Shown: positions 8,661 to 17,598 of the stretch, one piece after another
Numbering within the stretch: the stretch's first letter is position 1
Layout: each line of letters opens with the position of its first letter
NCBI GenBank assembly: GCA_050249355.1
Contig: JBFWQQ010000002.1
Span: forward strand, 1 to 59,512
Length of the DNA stretch: 59,512 nucleotides
DNA from: Alphaproteobacteria bacterium
GTDB taxonomy: Bacteria > Pseudomonadota > Alphaproteobacteria > Rickettsiales > SXRF01
Direction of reading: 5' to 3'
Translations under genes and position numbers: made by a program
The notes under the pieces: generated by a model
Database searches by the model: none
What the model saw: the letters and a program-made list of their open reading frames with translations, nothing else
What the model was told of the DNA's origin: nothing

Positions 8661-9695
8661 ATGAATATTATTCCTGCCACCGAAGGCACACGCTGGCATG
8701 CGCTGCTTGACCATTTCGACGCGGTGGACTGCACCTTTTTGCCCGAATACCATTTGGCCTATGCCTTGCGCATCAAAGATTCTACGCCGCTGTTGTGGTA
8801 TTTCGAACAGGGCGGCCAACACCTGATCTACCCATTCCTGCTTACTCCCGTTGAAGTGGCAGGCGAGCATACCGGTCATCACGATATAAGCAGTATCTAC
8901 GGCTATACCGGTCCGCTGGCCACCACGCAGGATGCGGCATTTCTTACCACAGCATGGCAGGCGTTCGATGCCTATACAAAATCCCAGTGCGTGATCGCTG
9001 AGTTCATTCGCTTCAGCCCGTTCAATGAAAACCATGTTATGGCACACCCGGCATGTACCGTGGAAGAGAACCGCCAGCTAGCCGTCTCCCGCCTGCCGGA
9101 CACCGAGGAAGAACTACTGCAAAGACTCGGCAGCAAAACCAGAAATATGCTGCGCAAAGCCGAAAAATCCGGCCTTGCTGCGCGCGAGTTGCCACTGCCG
9201 GAAAAGCTTTCTGATTTCCGCCTGCTCTATGATGAAACGATGGGACGCAATCAGGCGCCGGATTTTTTCTGGTATGACGATGAATATTGGAATGAGTTGC
9301 TGAAACTAGAGGGCGGGCTTCGCCTGTTTGGCACCTATAAGGATGATGTGCTGGTAGCCGCCTCCATGTCGGTGGTGCATGGTAGGTCTGCCTTGTATCA
9401 CCTGGGGGCCAGTTTAGTAGAGTTCGCACGGCAGGGGGCCGGAAACCTGAGCATGTATGAGATGTCCAAGGCTCTGATGCAATCGGGCGTGACCTTCATC
9501 AACATGACCGGCGGGCGCACAACAGCGCTGGATGACCCGCTGCTTTTATTCAAAAAAAGCAATGCAACCGGGCTGCATCCCTTCTATATTGGCAAGCGTG
9601 TAATGGATAATGCGGCATATCGGGAAGTGGCCGCCCTCTGGCAGCAAAAGACCGGCACGCCGCCGAATGCCAATAAAATAATATTCTGGAGATAG
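8661..9695 (+). CDS. FemAB-like / GNAT (Acetyltransf_6-type) acyl- or aminoacyl-transferase
   Basis: 344 aa. TRNMLRKAEKSGL, ALYHLGAS and a C-terminal FINMTGG segment resemble FemX/FemAB-like and BioF2-like GNAT proteins. This assignment comes from pattern recognition only. Confidence 0.55.
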   Translation: MNIIPATEGTRWHALLDHFDAVDCTFLPEYHLAYALRIKDSTPLLWYFEQGGQHLIYPFLLTPVEVAGEHTGHHDISSIYGYTGPLATTQDAAFLTTAWQAFDAYTKSQCVIAEFIRFSPFNENHVMAHPACTVEENRQLAVSRLPDTEEELLQRLGSKTRNMLRKAEKSGLAARELPLPEKLSDFRLLYDETMGRNQAPDFFWYDDEYWNELLKLEGGLRLFGTYKDDVLVAASMSVVHGRSALYHLGASLVEFARQGAGNLSMYEMSKALMQSGVTFINMTGGRTTALDDPLLLFKKSNATGLHPFYIGKRVMDNAAYREVAALWQQKTGTPPNANKIIFWR

Positions 9696-9697
9696 GT

Positions 9698-10750
9698 ATG
9701 GATTTCGTATCCAAACAATTCGATTTTAAGCCGGGCGAGCGCTGCATCGTCATCGGTGAGATCGGCGTGAACCATAACCGCAATGAAGAGTTGCTGTTTA
9801 AGCTGATCGATGCCGGTATCGAAGCGGGGCTGGACATCATCAAGCTGCAGCGCTTTATTTCCGAGGAAGAAATATCTAGCTTCGCCGCCTCCACAGATTA
9901 CCAGCAAAAGGCCGGCCAAGGCGACAACCAGCTGGAAATGGCCAAGAAGCTGGAGCTGCCGGATGAGTGGCTGGTCAAAGCTTTCCATTACTGCAAGGAA
10001 AAAGGCGTAGGATTTTTATGCACCGCCTTTGAAATGAGCAGCGTGGATTTTCTTGCTGACAAGCTGGGCGTGAGTGCGGTGAAGGTCCCCTCGCCTGAGA
10101 TCAGCAACAAGCCGCTGCTGCAATATATGGCCAAGCGTTTCGATAGTTTATTGATATCTACCGGCGCCAGCGATATGGATGAAGTAGCCCGCGCGCTCGA
10201 CTGGATAAAGCCGTATAACCGGGAACTGGCGCTGATGCATTGCCTGTCGGAATATCCGGCACCTATAGCGCAGGCCAACCTGAAAGCCATCGAGACCATG
10301 CGCGACAAATTCCAGTTGCCGATCGGTTATTCTGACCATACCGAGGGGCATGTGGCAGCGGTGGTATCTGCCGGCCTCGGCGCTGCCATGATCGAGAAGC
10401 ACTACACGCTGGATAAGAACCTGCCCGGACCCGACCACAAGGCATCGGTGGATATCGCCGAGCTGAAAGCGCTGGTGGCAGCGGTACGCGATGCCTCAGC
10501 CAGCTTGGGTGACGGCGTGAAAAAGCCGGTGGCGGCCGAACGCGCCAACCGTCCGCTGATACGCAAAAGCGTGGTATGCAATGTGAAGGAACTGCCACAA
10601 GGCACCACCATCACCGAAGACATGCTGGGTGTGAAACGCCCGTGGGTGGAAGGTGCGGTCGAGCCATTTGAGTTCGATAAGATCTGTGGTAAAAAACTGC
10701 GCAAGGCCAAACAGTATGACGAACCTATCCTGTGGGAGGATGTAGCGTGA
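9698..10750 (+). CDS. neuB: Nonulosonic acid synthase (NeuB/LegI/PseI family)
   Basis: 350 aa. GEIGVNHNRNEELLFKLIDAGIEAGLDIIKLQ is the NeuB TIM-barrel N-terminus. Also has HCLSEYPAP, GYSDHTEG and a C-terminal SAF-like domain. Confidence 0.9.
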   Translation: MDFVSKQFDFKPGERCIVIGEIGVNHNRNEELLFKLIDAGIEAGLDIIKLQRFISEEEISSFAASTDYQQKAGQGDNQLEMAKKLELPDEWLVKAFHYCKEKGVGFLCTAFEMSSVDFLADKLGVSAVKVPSPEISNKPLLQYMAKRFDSLLISTGASDMDEVARALDWIKPYNRELALMHCLSEYPAPIAQANLKAIETMRDKFQLPIGYSDHTEGHVAAVVSAGLGAAMIEKHYTLDKNLPGPDHKASVDIAELKALVAAVRDASASLGDGVKKPVAAERANRPLIRKSVVCNVKELPQGTTITEDMLGVKRPWVEGAVEPFEFDKICGKKLRKAKQYDEPILWEDVA

Positions 10751-11790
10751 CCAGAATCCTGTGTATCAGCCTCGGCAGTATTGGCAAGCGCCACTTGGGC
10801 AACGCGCGTGATCTGTTGCCGGATGCGAAGATCGCCGTGTGGCGTCAATATACCAGCCCCGATGGCAAGCTACCCGATGGAGCCGATATGTTGCTGGCCA
10901 GCCAGCAGGAGGCGATCGATTTCGCGCCGGATGCCGTGATCGTATCCTCGCCTGCCAGCGAACATATAAAGAACGCACTGCCATTCATTCAAAAGAATGT
11001 GCCGGTATTCATGGAAAAGCCGCTGGCCGATACGGCCGAAGACATCGACAGTTTCCTTGATGCCTGCAAACGCTCCACCGGCTTCATCATGGTAGGCTAT
11101 GTGCTGCGCTTCCTGCCCACGCTGCATGCGATCCGCAAGCTCATCCACGACGAGATGATGGGAACTATCTACACCGCGCATATTCAGGTAGGCCAGTACC
11201 TACCCGACTGGCGGCCCGATTCGGATTACCGCGAAGGCGTATCCGCCCAGAAGAAACTCGGCGGCGGCGCACTGCTGGAGCTCAGCCACGAACTGGACTA
11301 TGCTACATGGCTTTTCGGCTGGCCCAAGAGCCTGCTGGCCAGCTGCGCCAAGCTCAGCCCGCTGGACATCGACGTGGAAGACAGTGCACACGTAGTGCTG
11401 GAATATGGCGACAAGAATGTGGTGGTGCAGCTCGATTTCCTGCAGCGCGTCGCGAACATGGCCATGCAGCTGGTATGCGAGAAAGGCACGCTGGAAGTCG
11501 ACCTGATGAACGAACAGGCATGGTTCATCACTCCGGAATTTCCCGAAGGTGCCGAGCTGGAATATGGCAGCCTGCAATCGGGCAACGAGATATACCTGCG
11601 CCAGTTCGACTTGTTCTTTTCTAAAGCGCTTATGGATTACAAACCGCGCTATGCCGAAACCAGCGACTTTAACCAGTGGGCCGATATCGACCATGCGGCC
11701 AGTGTATTGAAACTCGTGGATCTGGCGAAGAAGGCCAGCAAAACCGGATCGCGCCAGAGCGTGGATTTTAAAAGGGCCAAAGCCGCATGA
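10732..11790 (+). CDS. Gfo/Idh/MocA family oxidoreductase
   Basis: 352 aa. An N-terminal Rossmann segment ILCISLGSIGKRH is followed by EKPLA. An alternative GTG start at 10747 gives a GTGA overlap with the neuB stop. Confidence 0.75.
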   Translation: MGGCSVTRILCISLGSIGKRHLGNARDLLPDAKIAVWRQYTSPDGKLPDGADMLLASQQEAIDFAPDAVIVSSPASEHIKNALPFIQKNVPVFMEKPLADTAEDIDSFLDACKRSTGFIMVGYVLRFLPTLHAIRKLIHDEMMGTIYTAHIQVGQYLPDWRPDSDYREGVSAQKKLGGGALLELSHELDYATWLFGWPKSLLASCAKLSPLDIDVEDSAHVVLEYGDKNVVVQLDFLQRVANMAMQLVCEKGTLEVDLMNEQAWFITPEFPEGAELEYGSLQSGNEIYLRQFDLFFSKALMDYKPRYAETSDFNQWADIDHAASVLKLVDLAKKASKTGSRQSVDFKRAKAA

Positions 11791-12506
11791 GTGGGTTCAC
11801 CGCATTCATATTCGCGCGTGGCGGCAGCAAAGGCGTACCGCACAAAAACATATTCCCGGTGGCAGAAAAGCCGCTTATTGCGCACAGTATCGAATCAGCG
11901 CTGGCCAGTCAATCGGTATCCAGAGTGGTCGTATCCACCGATGATGAGCAGATAGCAAAAGCCACTCAGGCCTATGGGGCTGAAGTGTTGCACCGTCCAT
12001 CCGAACTCGCTGGCGACACCACCGCCGAAGTGCTGGCATGGCGCCACGCGATCGAGAACCTGCCGGAGCTGTTTAGAAACAACGCCCAGCCGTTCATTTC
12101 ACTGCCGGCCACCTCGCCGCTGCGCGCGCCCGTAGATATCGATAATGCCATAGCGCGTTATAAAAAAAGTGACTGTGATATGGTGTTCGGAATTACGCCT
12201 TCCCACCGCAACCCGCACCTGAACATGGTGACTATAGATGCGAACGGCCACATCCACATCGCCATCGGCGGGTCGGACGCCGTGCGCCGTCAGGATGTGC
12301 CAGACATGTACGATGTCACCACCTGCGTATATGTCGGTAGCCCGGATTACATACGTGGGTGTAAGAAGCTTATGGAAGGCCGGGTCGGCTACGTCATCAT
12401 TCCTGCCGAACGCGCACTGGACATCGATAATTATTTCGACCTGCATCTTGCCGAACTGATGATCAAACACCCCTATATCGAACCGAAGAAAGTAAGAACC
12501 GCATGA
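11787..12506 (+). CDS. neuA: CMP-nonulosonate synthetase (acylneuraminate cytidylyltransferase family, NeuA/LegF-like)
   Basis: 239 aa. FIFARGGSKGVPHKNI is the CMP-sugar synthetase P-loop-like motif. ATGA overlap with the upstream gene. Confidence 0.85.
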   Translation: MSGFTAFIFARGGSKGVPHKNIFPVAEKPLIAHSIESALASQSVSRVVVSTDDEQIAKATQAYGAEVLHRPSELAGDTTAEVLAWRHAIENLPELFRNNAQPFISLPATSPLRAPVDIDNAIARYKKSDCDMVFGITPSHRNPHLNMVTIDANGHIHIAIGGSDAVRRQDVPDMYDVTTCVYVGSPDYIRGCKKLMEGRVGYVIIPAERALDIDNYFDLHLAELMIKHPYIEPKKVRTA

Positions 12507-13258
12507 GTCATGTTGCTGCGATAACCGGCGGGGCCGGACATTTAGGAAGCGCCTTTGCAAAGAAGCTGGCGGCACGCGGCGTGAAGATCGCCATCCTCGA
12601 CAAGAACGAAGAAACAGGACGAAAGCTGGCCGGTGAGCTTGGCAATGGCTGCGCCTTCATTTATTCCGACCTGATGGAGCCTGCGAGCTTCGGTACCATT
12701 GCAAGCGACATACAAAAAGAGTTCGGACGGCTGGATTACCTTGTGAACAACGCCGCGTTCTATGATGAAACCCCCGGCTGGGGCGTGCCCTTCAATGAAG
12801 AAGGCTACGAAGCGTGGGTGAAGGTGATGCGGGTGAATTTGCTGGCGCCATTCTTTTTAGTGCAGGCATTGCATCCGCTGCTGGAAAAATCCGGTGACGC
12901 GTCGGTAGTGAATATCGGCTCCATTTATGGCATGGTCGGCCCCGACCACAGCCTGTACGAAGGCACCACGATGACCAATCCCGCCGCCTATTCGGCCAGC
13001 AAAGGCGGGCTACTCTCGGCCACGCGCTGGTTGGCCACCGTGCTGGCACCAAAAGTGCGTGTGAACATGGTATCGCCCGGCGGCATCGAGCGCGGACAAA
13101 ATGAAATATTCAAAGAGCGCTACCATAGACGCACACCGCTCGGCCGCATGGCCACCGAAGCGGATGTAGCAGGCATGGTGTCGTTCCTGCTGTCACCGGA
13201 ATCAGCTTATATCACCGGCCAGCACATGGTGATTGACGGGGGATGGACGGCATGGTGA
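12503..13258 (+). CDS. SDR family NAD(P)-dependent oxidoreductase
   Basis: 251 aa. Has ITGGAGHLGSAFAKKLAARG (TGxxxGxG), NNAA and YSASKGG (YxxxK). Confidence 0.85.
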   Translation: MSHVAAITGGAGHLGSAFAKKLAARGVKIAILDKNEETGRKLAGELGNGCAFIYSDLMEPASFGTIASDIQKEFGRLDYLVNNAAFYDETPGWGVPFNEEGYEAWVKVMRVNLLAPFFLVQALHPLLEKSGDASVVNIGSIYGMVGPDHSLYEGTTMTNPAAYSASKGGLLSATRWLATVLAPKVRVNMVSPGGIERGQNEIFKERYHRRTPLGRMATEADVAGMVSFLLSPESAYITGQHMVIDGGWTAW

Positions 13259-13989
13259 GCACCGCAACCGCGCAGGCGAACACACTGGCCGCTTATGATG
13301 CCATCGCGCCGCTATACGAGAAATATTCGGAAAAATACCGCAACTATTTAAATGCCGTTGATGCGCTGGTGATCGAACGGCTACGCCCCGGCATGCGCCT
13401 GCTGGATGTGGGTTCCGGTGACGGCCGCCGCCTGAAAAAAATCACCACGCACCATGGCATAAAGGATGTGGTGTCGGTGGAACCAAGCCTGAACATGGCC
13501 GAAATATGCCGCAAAAGCACCGGCTTTGATGTGTACACGCTATGCGGCGACCAGATCGGCACGCTGAACGAAGCACCGTTCGATGCGGTGACCGCGCTGT
13601 GGAACGTATTCGGCCACATGGCGGATTCTGGCGTGCGGCTGGCAACATTACAGGCGATCGCGCGGAAAATGAAACCCGACGCCATCATGATACTGGACGT
13701 CAACAACCGCCACAACCAGCTGGCGTATGGCCGCTGGAACGTGATGAAGCGCCGCGTGGTCGACGCGCTGGCATTTGATGAAACACGCGGCGATGCATAT
13801 TACGATTGGGAAATCGAAGGGCAGTGCTTCCCGGCATCTGGCCACCTGTTCACCCCGGCGGAAATGCAAAAGCTGTTCCGGCAGGCCGGGCTGGAAGTCA
13901 TTGAGCGCCGCTCGGTGAATTACGCCACCGGAAAAATATCCGACTCCCTGCTCAACGGCCAGCTGTTCTTTGTGTTGAAAAAAGCCTGA
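13243..13989 (+). CDS. Class I SAM-dependent methyltransferase
   Basis: 248 aa with motif I LLDVGSGDGRRL. The alternative ATG at 13252 gives an ATGGTGA overlap with the SDR stop. Confidence 0.8.
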   Translation: MDGMVSTATAQANTLAAYDAIAPLYEKYSEKYRNYLNAVDALVIERLRPGMRLLDVGSGDGRRLKKITTHHGIKDVVSVEPSLNMAEICRKSTGFDVYTLCGDQIGTLNEAPFDAVTALWNVFGHMADSGVRLATLQAIARKMKPDAIMILDVNNRHNQLAYGRWNVMKRRVVDALAFDETRGDAYYDWEIEGQCFPASGHLFTPAEMQKLFRQAGLEVIERRSVNYATGKISDSLLNGQLFFVLKKA

Positions 13990-15288
13990 TCACTTATCGT
14001 GCCACACGGCGTGGCGGAGCTTCCACTGGCCGCTATCGTATTTCCACAGGTGCGGCGAGCGGAATTCGTCGCACAACTTATCGAAATATGCACGGGTCAT
14101 GATGGGCTGCTCGAATTTCGCCACAATATCCTTGCCGAACTCCTTCTCGCGGATCGACATATATTCGAACACCTCTTTTTCAAAGCGGTGCGGATATTCG
14201 CCGTCGAACTTCTTCACCAGTGCCACGCCCTCATCGTAATCGATGTCGCCGGAACGGATCTCCTGCGAGGCATCATAGGTGGCACGGCCGATACCGAACT
14301 TGATGAAGGTGGTGTAGTAGTGGAAATCATCGACCTTATCATCGATGGAATTATATTTGGAATAGGTACCCAGCGTGCGCTCCGGCGCCGCCTCGAAGTC
14401 GCCGTGCTCCACTGCATAATAATACGCACTTTGCGGGTGCCATTTCACATAGTGGCCCAGCCAGTGCACTTCGATTCCTTTTTCATCGCACAGCTGCGGG
14501 TCGATCGGCATGTAAGGCTCGAAATCTGCTGGTTTAAATCCGAAATCCTGCTTCAGCTCGGCAAATGAGGTGCCGCTTAAGAACACATCGTTATCGTCCG
14601 ACATGGTGAAATATTCGAACTCTTTGAAATCGCGCTTGGAACTTTTGTTGTGGGCAGCCGAGTTACCATATTCCGCTCCGGACTCGCCGTAGAAGATCAG
14701 CTTAATATCGAACAGCGCCGCCATCTTGGCCGCCAGGTGACGCTGGCCGATGATGAACGGCTGGAACGGGTGCAGCAGGCGCTCGGTGGCAAGGCGCGTC
14801 AGCAGGCGATGCGTGCGGCCGTTGGGGGTAACGAGATGGTTATCGAAACCCGAATGGATCCATTTATTGAAATTGCGCCAGCCCCAGTCGGTGTAAATAT
14901 GCGGTGCCCATGTGACGGTGAGCGGATTCATGCCGTATTTGTATTTTAAGAGATGCGTCTGCATGAAGCTGTCCTTGCCGCCGGAGCCAGGTACCAGACA
15001 GTCATACGAGCCGTCCTTGGAACGGTGCTTATCGAGCAGATCCATCAGCTCTTTTTCGCGCTCCTCCCAGTTCACCGACTGTTTCCAGTTCTTGGTGCGG
15101 CAGGCATCGCAGATGCCATCAGTAAATGCGATCACTTCTTTTTTGGTTTCGCGCGTGTGTTTCTGCTCAATGGTGGAATTAGGCCGCTGGTTGGATATCA
15201 CGCAGGTCCTGCAGAAGGCCACGTCCTGAGGAAGGCCATAATAGGCCTCGTTCGGGCTGTCCGTTTCGTATTTGGCAAGGCTGCTCAT
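13990..15288 (-). CDS. N-acetyl sugar amidotransferase (WbuX / WbpG / PseA family, PP-loop ATP pyrophosphatase)
   Basis: 432 aa. An N-terminal Cys-rich segment (CRTCVISNQRPNS...CDAC) is followed by the PP-loop LVPGSGGKDS. This is typical of the LPS or flagellin acetamidino-forming amidotransferases. Confidence 0.8.
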   Translation of the reverse strand: MSSLAKYETDSPNEAYYGLPQDVAFCRTCVISNQRPNSTIEQKHTRETKKEVIAFTDGICDACRTKNWKQSVNWEEREKELMDLLDKHRSKDGSYDCLVPGSGGKDSFMQTHLLKYKYGMNPLTVTWAPHIYTDWGWRNFNKWIHSGFDNHLVTPNGRTHRLLTRLATERLLHPFQPFIIGQRHLAAKMAALFDIKLIFYGESGAEYGNSAAHNKSSKRDFKEFEYFTMSDDNDVFLSGTSFAELKQDFGFKPADFEPYMPIDPQLCDEKGIEVHWLGHYVKWHPQSAYYYAVEHGDFEAAPERTLGTYSKYNSIDDKVDDFHYYTTFIKFGIGRATYDASQEIRSGDIDYDEGVALVKKFDGEYPHRFEKEVFEYMSIREKEFGKDIVAKFEQPIMTRAYFDKLCDEFRSPHLWKYDSGQWKLRHAVWHDK

Positions 15289-16532
15289 AATAACTCCAGA
15301 ATGATGTCGGCGATCTTGGCCGCCGCCTGTTCCCTAGGCAACAACTGTTTAACCTTTTTATTAATTTTCTCAAGTTTTTTATCATCCTTCAGGGCACTGG
15401 CAATGGCAGCAACCAGTTCGCCATAGCTATTGACTCCCCACGCAATGCCCATGCTGGCCAGCGGCATATCGGCATGGAAATCGGCATCCAGTTGCAATAT
15501 TTTCTTTTCCATGATGGCCGCCTCCAGCCCCACTGTGGTGGTACGGGCGACCAGTAGATCGATATTCGCAAGCAATTCGTGTAGATTACATTCGGCTGTC
15601 AAGTATGCGCCCGGATGCGCATCCACCCAGCGGGCATAGAACGCCCTGTCCTGCGAAGGATGCGGGCGAACGAGGTATACGGCATCATTGGCAACGGTCG
15701 CGTTGTAGCACGCTTCCATCTCGCCTAATATCTCCTGCTGGGATTTGATGTGCGAACATTTCTTGATCGGATCCCAGTAGGCTGGCATATCGGCATGCAG
15801 TACCAGCGGCGCACCCCCTGCCTGCGGGAAATGCTGCTGTAGCCATTCTGCGTCTTTGTCTTTGGGCAAATCGAGTATCTTATCGAACGCCGGGTTGCCG
15901 GTGATGTAGCATTGACTGATGCGTTCATCGACCAGCCCATCGGCAATGAACATGTCTTTAGCCACTTCGTTCAGGAAGGTGATGTGCTGCGCCACCAGCG
16001 GATAATCGCCCAGCCCGGTAAAGAGGTCGGTCATGATCATGCTGGTGATGCCCTGCGCGTTGGCAGTGGCAATGGCGGCCGCTTCGCTGCGCGGCGAATT
16101 GGAGGTGATGACCATATCCGGCGCAAGATCAGCAAAGATACGCTCCATGATGGTAAGCGGATAAAAAGCGCGCCGCGATTGCTGCGCAAATAATTTTTCC
16201 GCTTCCTCCAGCCCCAGCCGGGTGACCAGGTCTTTAAAGCATAGGCCGAGATAGGCCACCGAGTCTTCCAGATCGATGCCAATAGTGGGCGAATGATGCT
16301 CGCGCGCCAACCGCCTGCCCCACTCCAGCGCATCGGCATCTTTTTCCTTATCGAGATAATCGTTAAATCCCAGCGGTTCGATGCCGTTTGCTTTCAGCGT
16401 ATGTTTGGCCGCCGGCAACCCCAGCACATGAACGGTGAGCGCATCGGTTCTTTTACGCAGTGCGTGTACCACCGGGTAGACCATGTGGGCATGGCCGCCG
16501 CCATAGGTAACAAACAGGAGATTTTTTTTCAT
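15285..16532 (-). CDS. GT-B / 2-epimerase-fold-like protein of unknown specificity (candidate nonulosonate transferase)
   Basis: 415 aa. Has MKKNLLFVTYGGGHAHMVYPV (a G-rich N-terminal loop as in MurG-like or Epimerase_2 folds), NSPRSEAAAIATANAQGI and ITGNPAFD. The start and stop overlap neighbouring genes by 4 nt on each side. Confidence 0.45.
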   Translation of the reverse strand: MKKNLLFVTYGGGHAHMVYPVVHALRKRTDALTVHVLGLPAAKHTLKANGIEPLGFNDYLDKEKDADALEWGRRLAREHHSPTIGIDLEDSVAYLGLCFKDLVTRLGLEEAEKLFAQQSRRAFYPLTIMERIFADLAPDMVITSNSPRSEAAAIATANAQGITSMIMTDLFTGLGDYPLVAQHITFLNEVAKDMFIADGLVDERISQCYITGNPAFDKILDLPKDKDAEWLQQHFPQAGGAPLVLHADMPAYWDPIKKCSHIKSQQEILGEMEACYNATVANDAVYLVRPHPSQDRAFYARWVDAHPGAYLTAECNLHELLANIDLLVARTTTVGLEAAIMEKKILQLDADFHADMPLASMGIAWGVNSYGELVAAIASALKDDKKLEKINKKVKQLLPREQAAAKIADIILELL

Positions 16533-17473
16533 GTGTTACGTGAGGCCATCATCACGACGATCCGGTAATTGGGATCGGGGTGACGGGTTTTCAGGAGATT
16601 GGAGTAGGATACTGCATAACCCGCTACCTTCAGCATGGCAGGGTAATTGTGGATATGCATGAAATTACGGTAGATCACGCTGGGTTTTGGCTCATCGCTG
16701 AATTCATACGGCTTTCCGGTTTCCCAGCTGATACCGCATTGCTCCGCCAGCAGGATATGATCGAAACCAGACTCGGCGGCCTGGCGGTAGAACTGCAGGG
16801 CAAAATGTTCCGGCAGGCATGTCATCGTGCGGATATGCATGAGCAGCGAGCCATCCCAGCGCTGGCGTTTCATAAGTTCGAATATATCCGCCGCCTCAAC
16901 CTGCAGGTTCGGCAGGTCAAACAACAGGTCATTATACAGCCTGGTCAGCGGGGAGCGATCCACACCGATAAAGGTGGTTTCAGGGAATTCCTTCGCCAGT
17001 TCGGCGTCAACATACGCGTATGACACGCCGAAATTCAATGCATACGTCATTTTCTGGCTTTTTATCACACCGGATGCCACCCGCAACACCTCGTCATACA
17101 AATCGCCCGATTCGGTGCGCTGGGTGTTCCAGTTACCTTTTAGAATTTCCTGACGGTATTTTTCAGCTGCTCCCAACTCCTTGATCTGGCTTTCATAACC
17201 ATAGCCGGAATCCACCGATTGTGCATGGGCATCATTCCTTCCTGCTTTTCTCTGGGGCTGACAATATTCCTGCGTTATCCGGTAAGCGCGTTCCGTGTTG
17301 GCCAGCTTCGTCAGGTTTTTTATGAGAAATGCCAACGCCCTGGATGCTATAGGTACATGCACCAGTGTTCTGGCAACCAGCATCCGCAGGTAATGCTGCG
17401 CATACCCGGCTATTCCCACCTGCATGTTAAGATGGTCGTAGCCAACCTGCACTTGTCTGGATTCATTCATCAC
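16529..17473 (-). CDS. Hypothetical protein, possibly a degenerate methyltransferase fold
   Basis: 314 aa. YALNFGVSYAYVD...FIGVDRSP loosely resembles motif I and post-I of class I methyltransferases, but the Gly-rich loop is missing. Coding is supported by length and the 4-nt overlap with the downstream gene. Confidence 0.4.
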   Translation of the reverse strand: MMNESRQVQVGYDHLNMQVGIAGYAQHYLRMLVARTLVHVPIASRALAFLIKNLTKLANTERAYRITQEYCQPQRKAGRNDAHAQSVDSGYGYESQIKELGAAEKYRQEILKGNWNTQRTESGDLYDEVLRVASGVIKSQKMTYALNFGVSYAYVDAELAKEFPETTFIGVDRSPLTRLYNDLLFDLPNLQVEAADIFELMKRQRWDGSLLMHIRTMTCLPEHFALQFYRQAAESGFDHILLAEQCGISWETGKPYEFSDEPKPSVIYRNFMHIHNYPAMLKVAGYAVSYSNLLKTRHPDPNYRIVVMMASRNT

Positions 17474-17598
17474 CTAAGCAACCACTCCATTTCCTGATTT
17501 TCCATATGACATGCCTGCCAAGGCCACGCAAGGCTTTGCTGGACTTGCACCTGTTTTGGCATTATGAAATAGAGATTCATAAACACAATCAGATTATT

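Noticed and set aside
13985-13995. An identical 11-nt junction CTGATCACTTA at two convergent stop-stop boundaries (13985-13995 and 52856-52866)
   Set aside because: TGATCA is simply TGA on both strands, and the flanking identity is only 5 extra nt. With two occurrences and no extended similarity, I treat it as coincidence.
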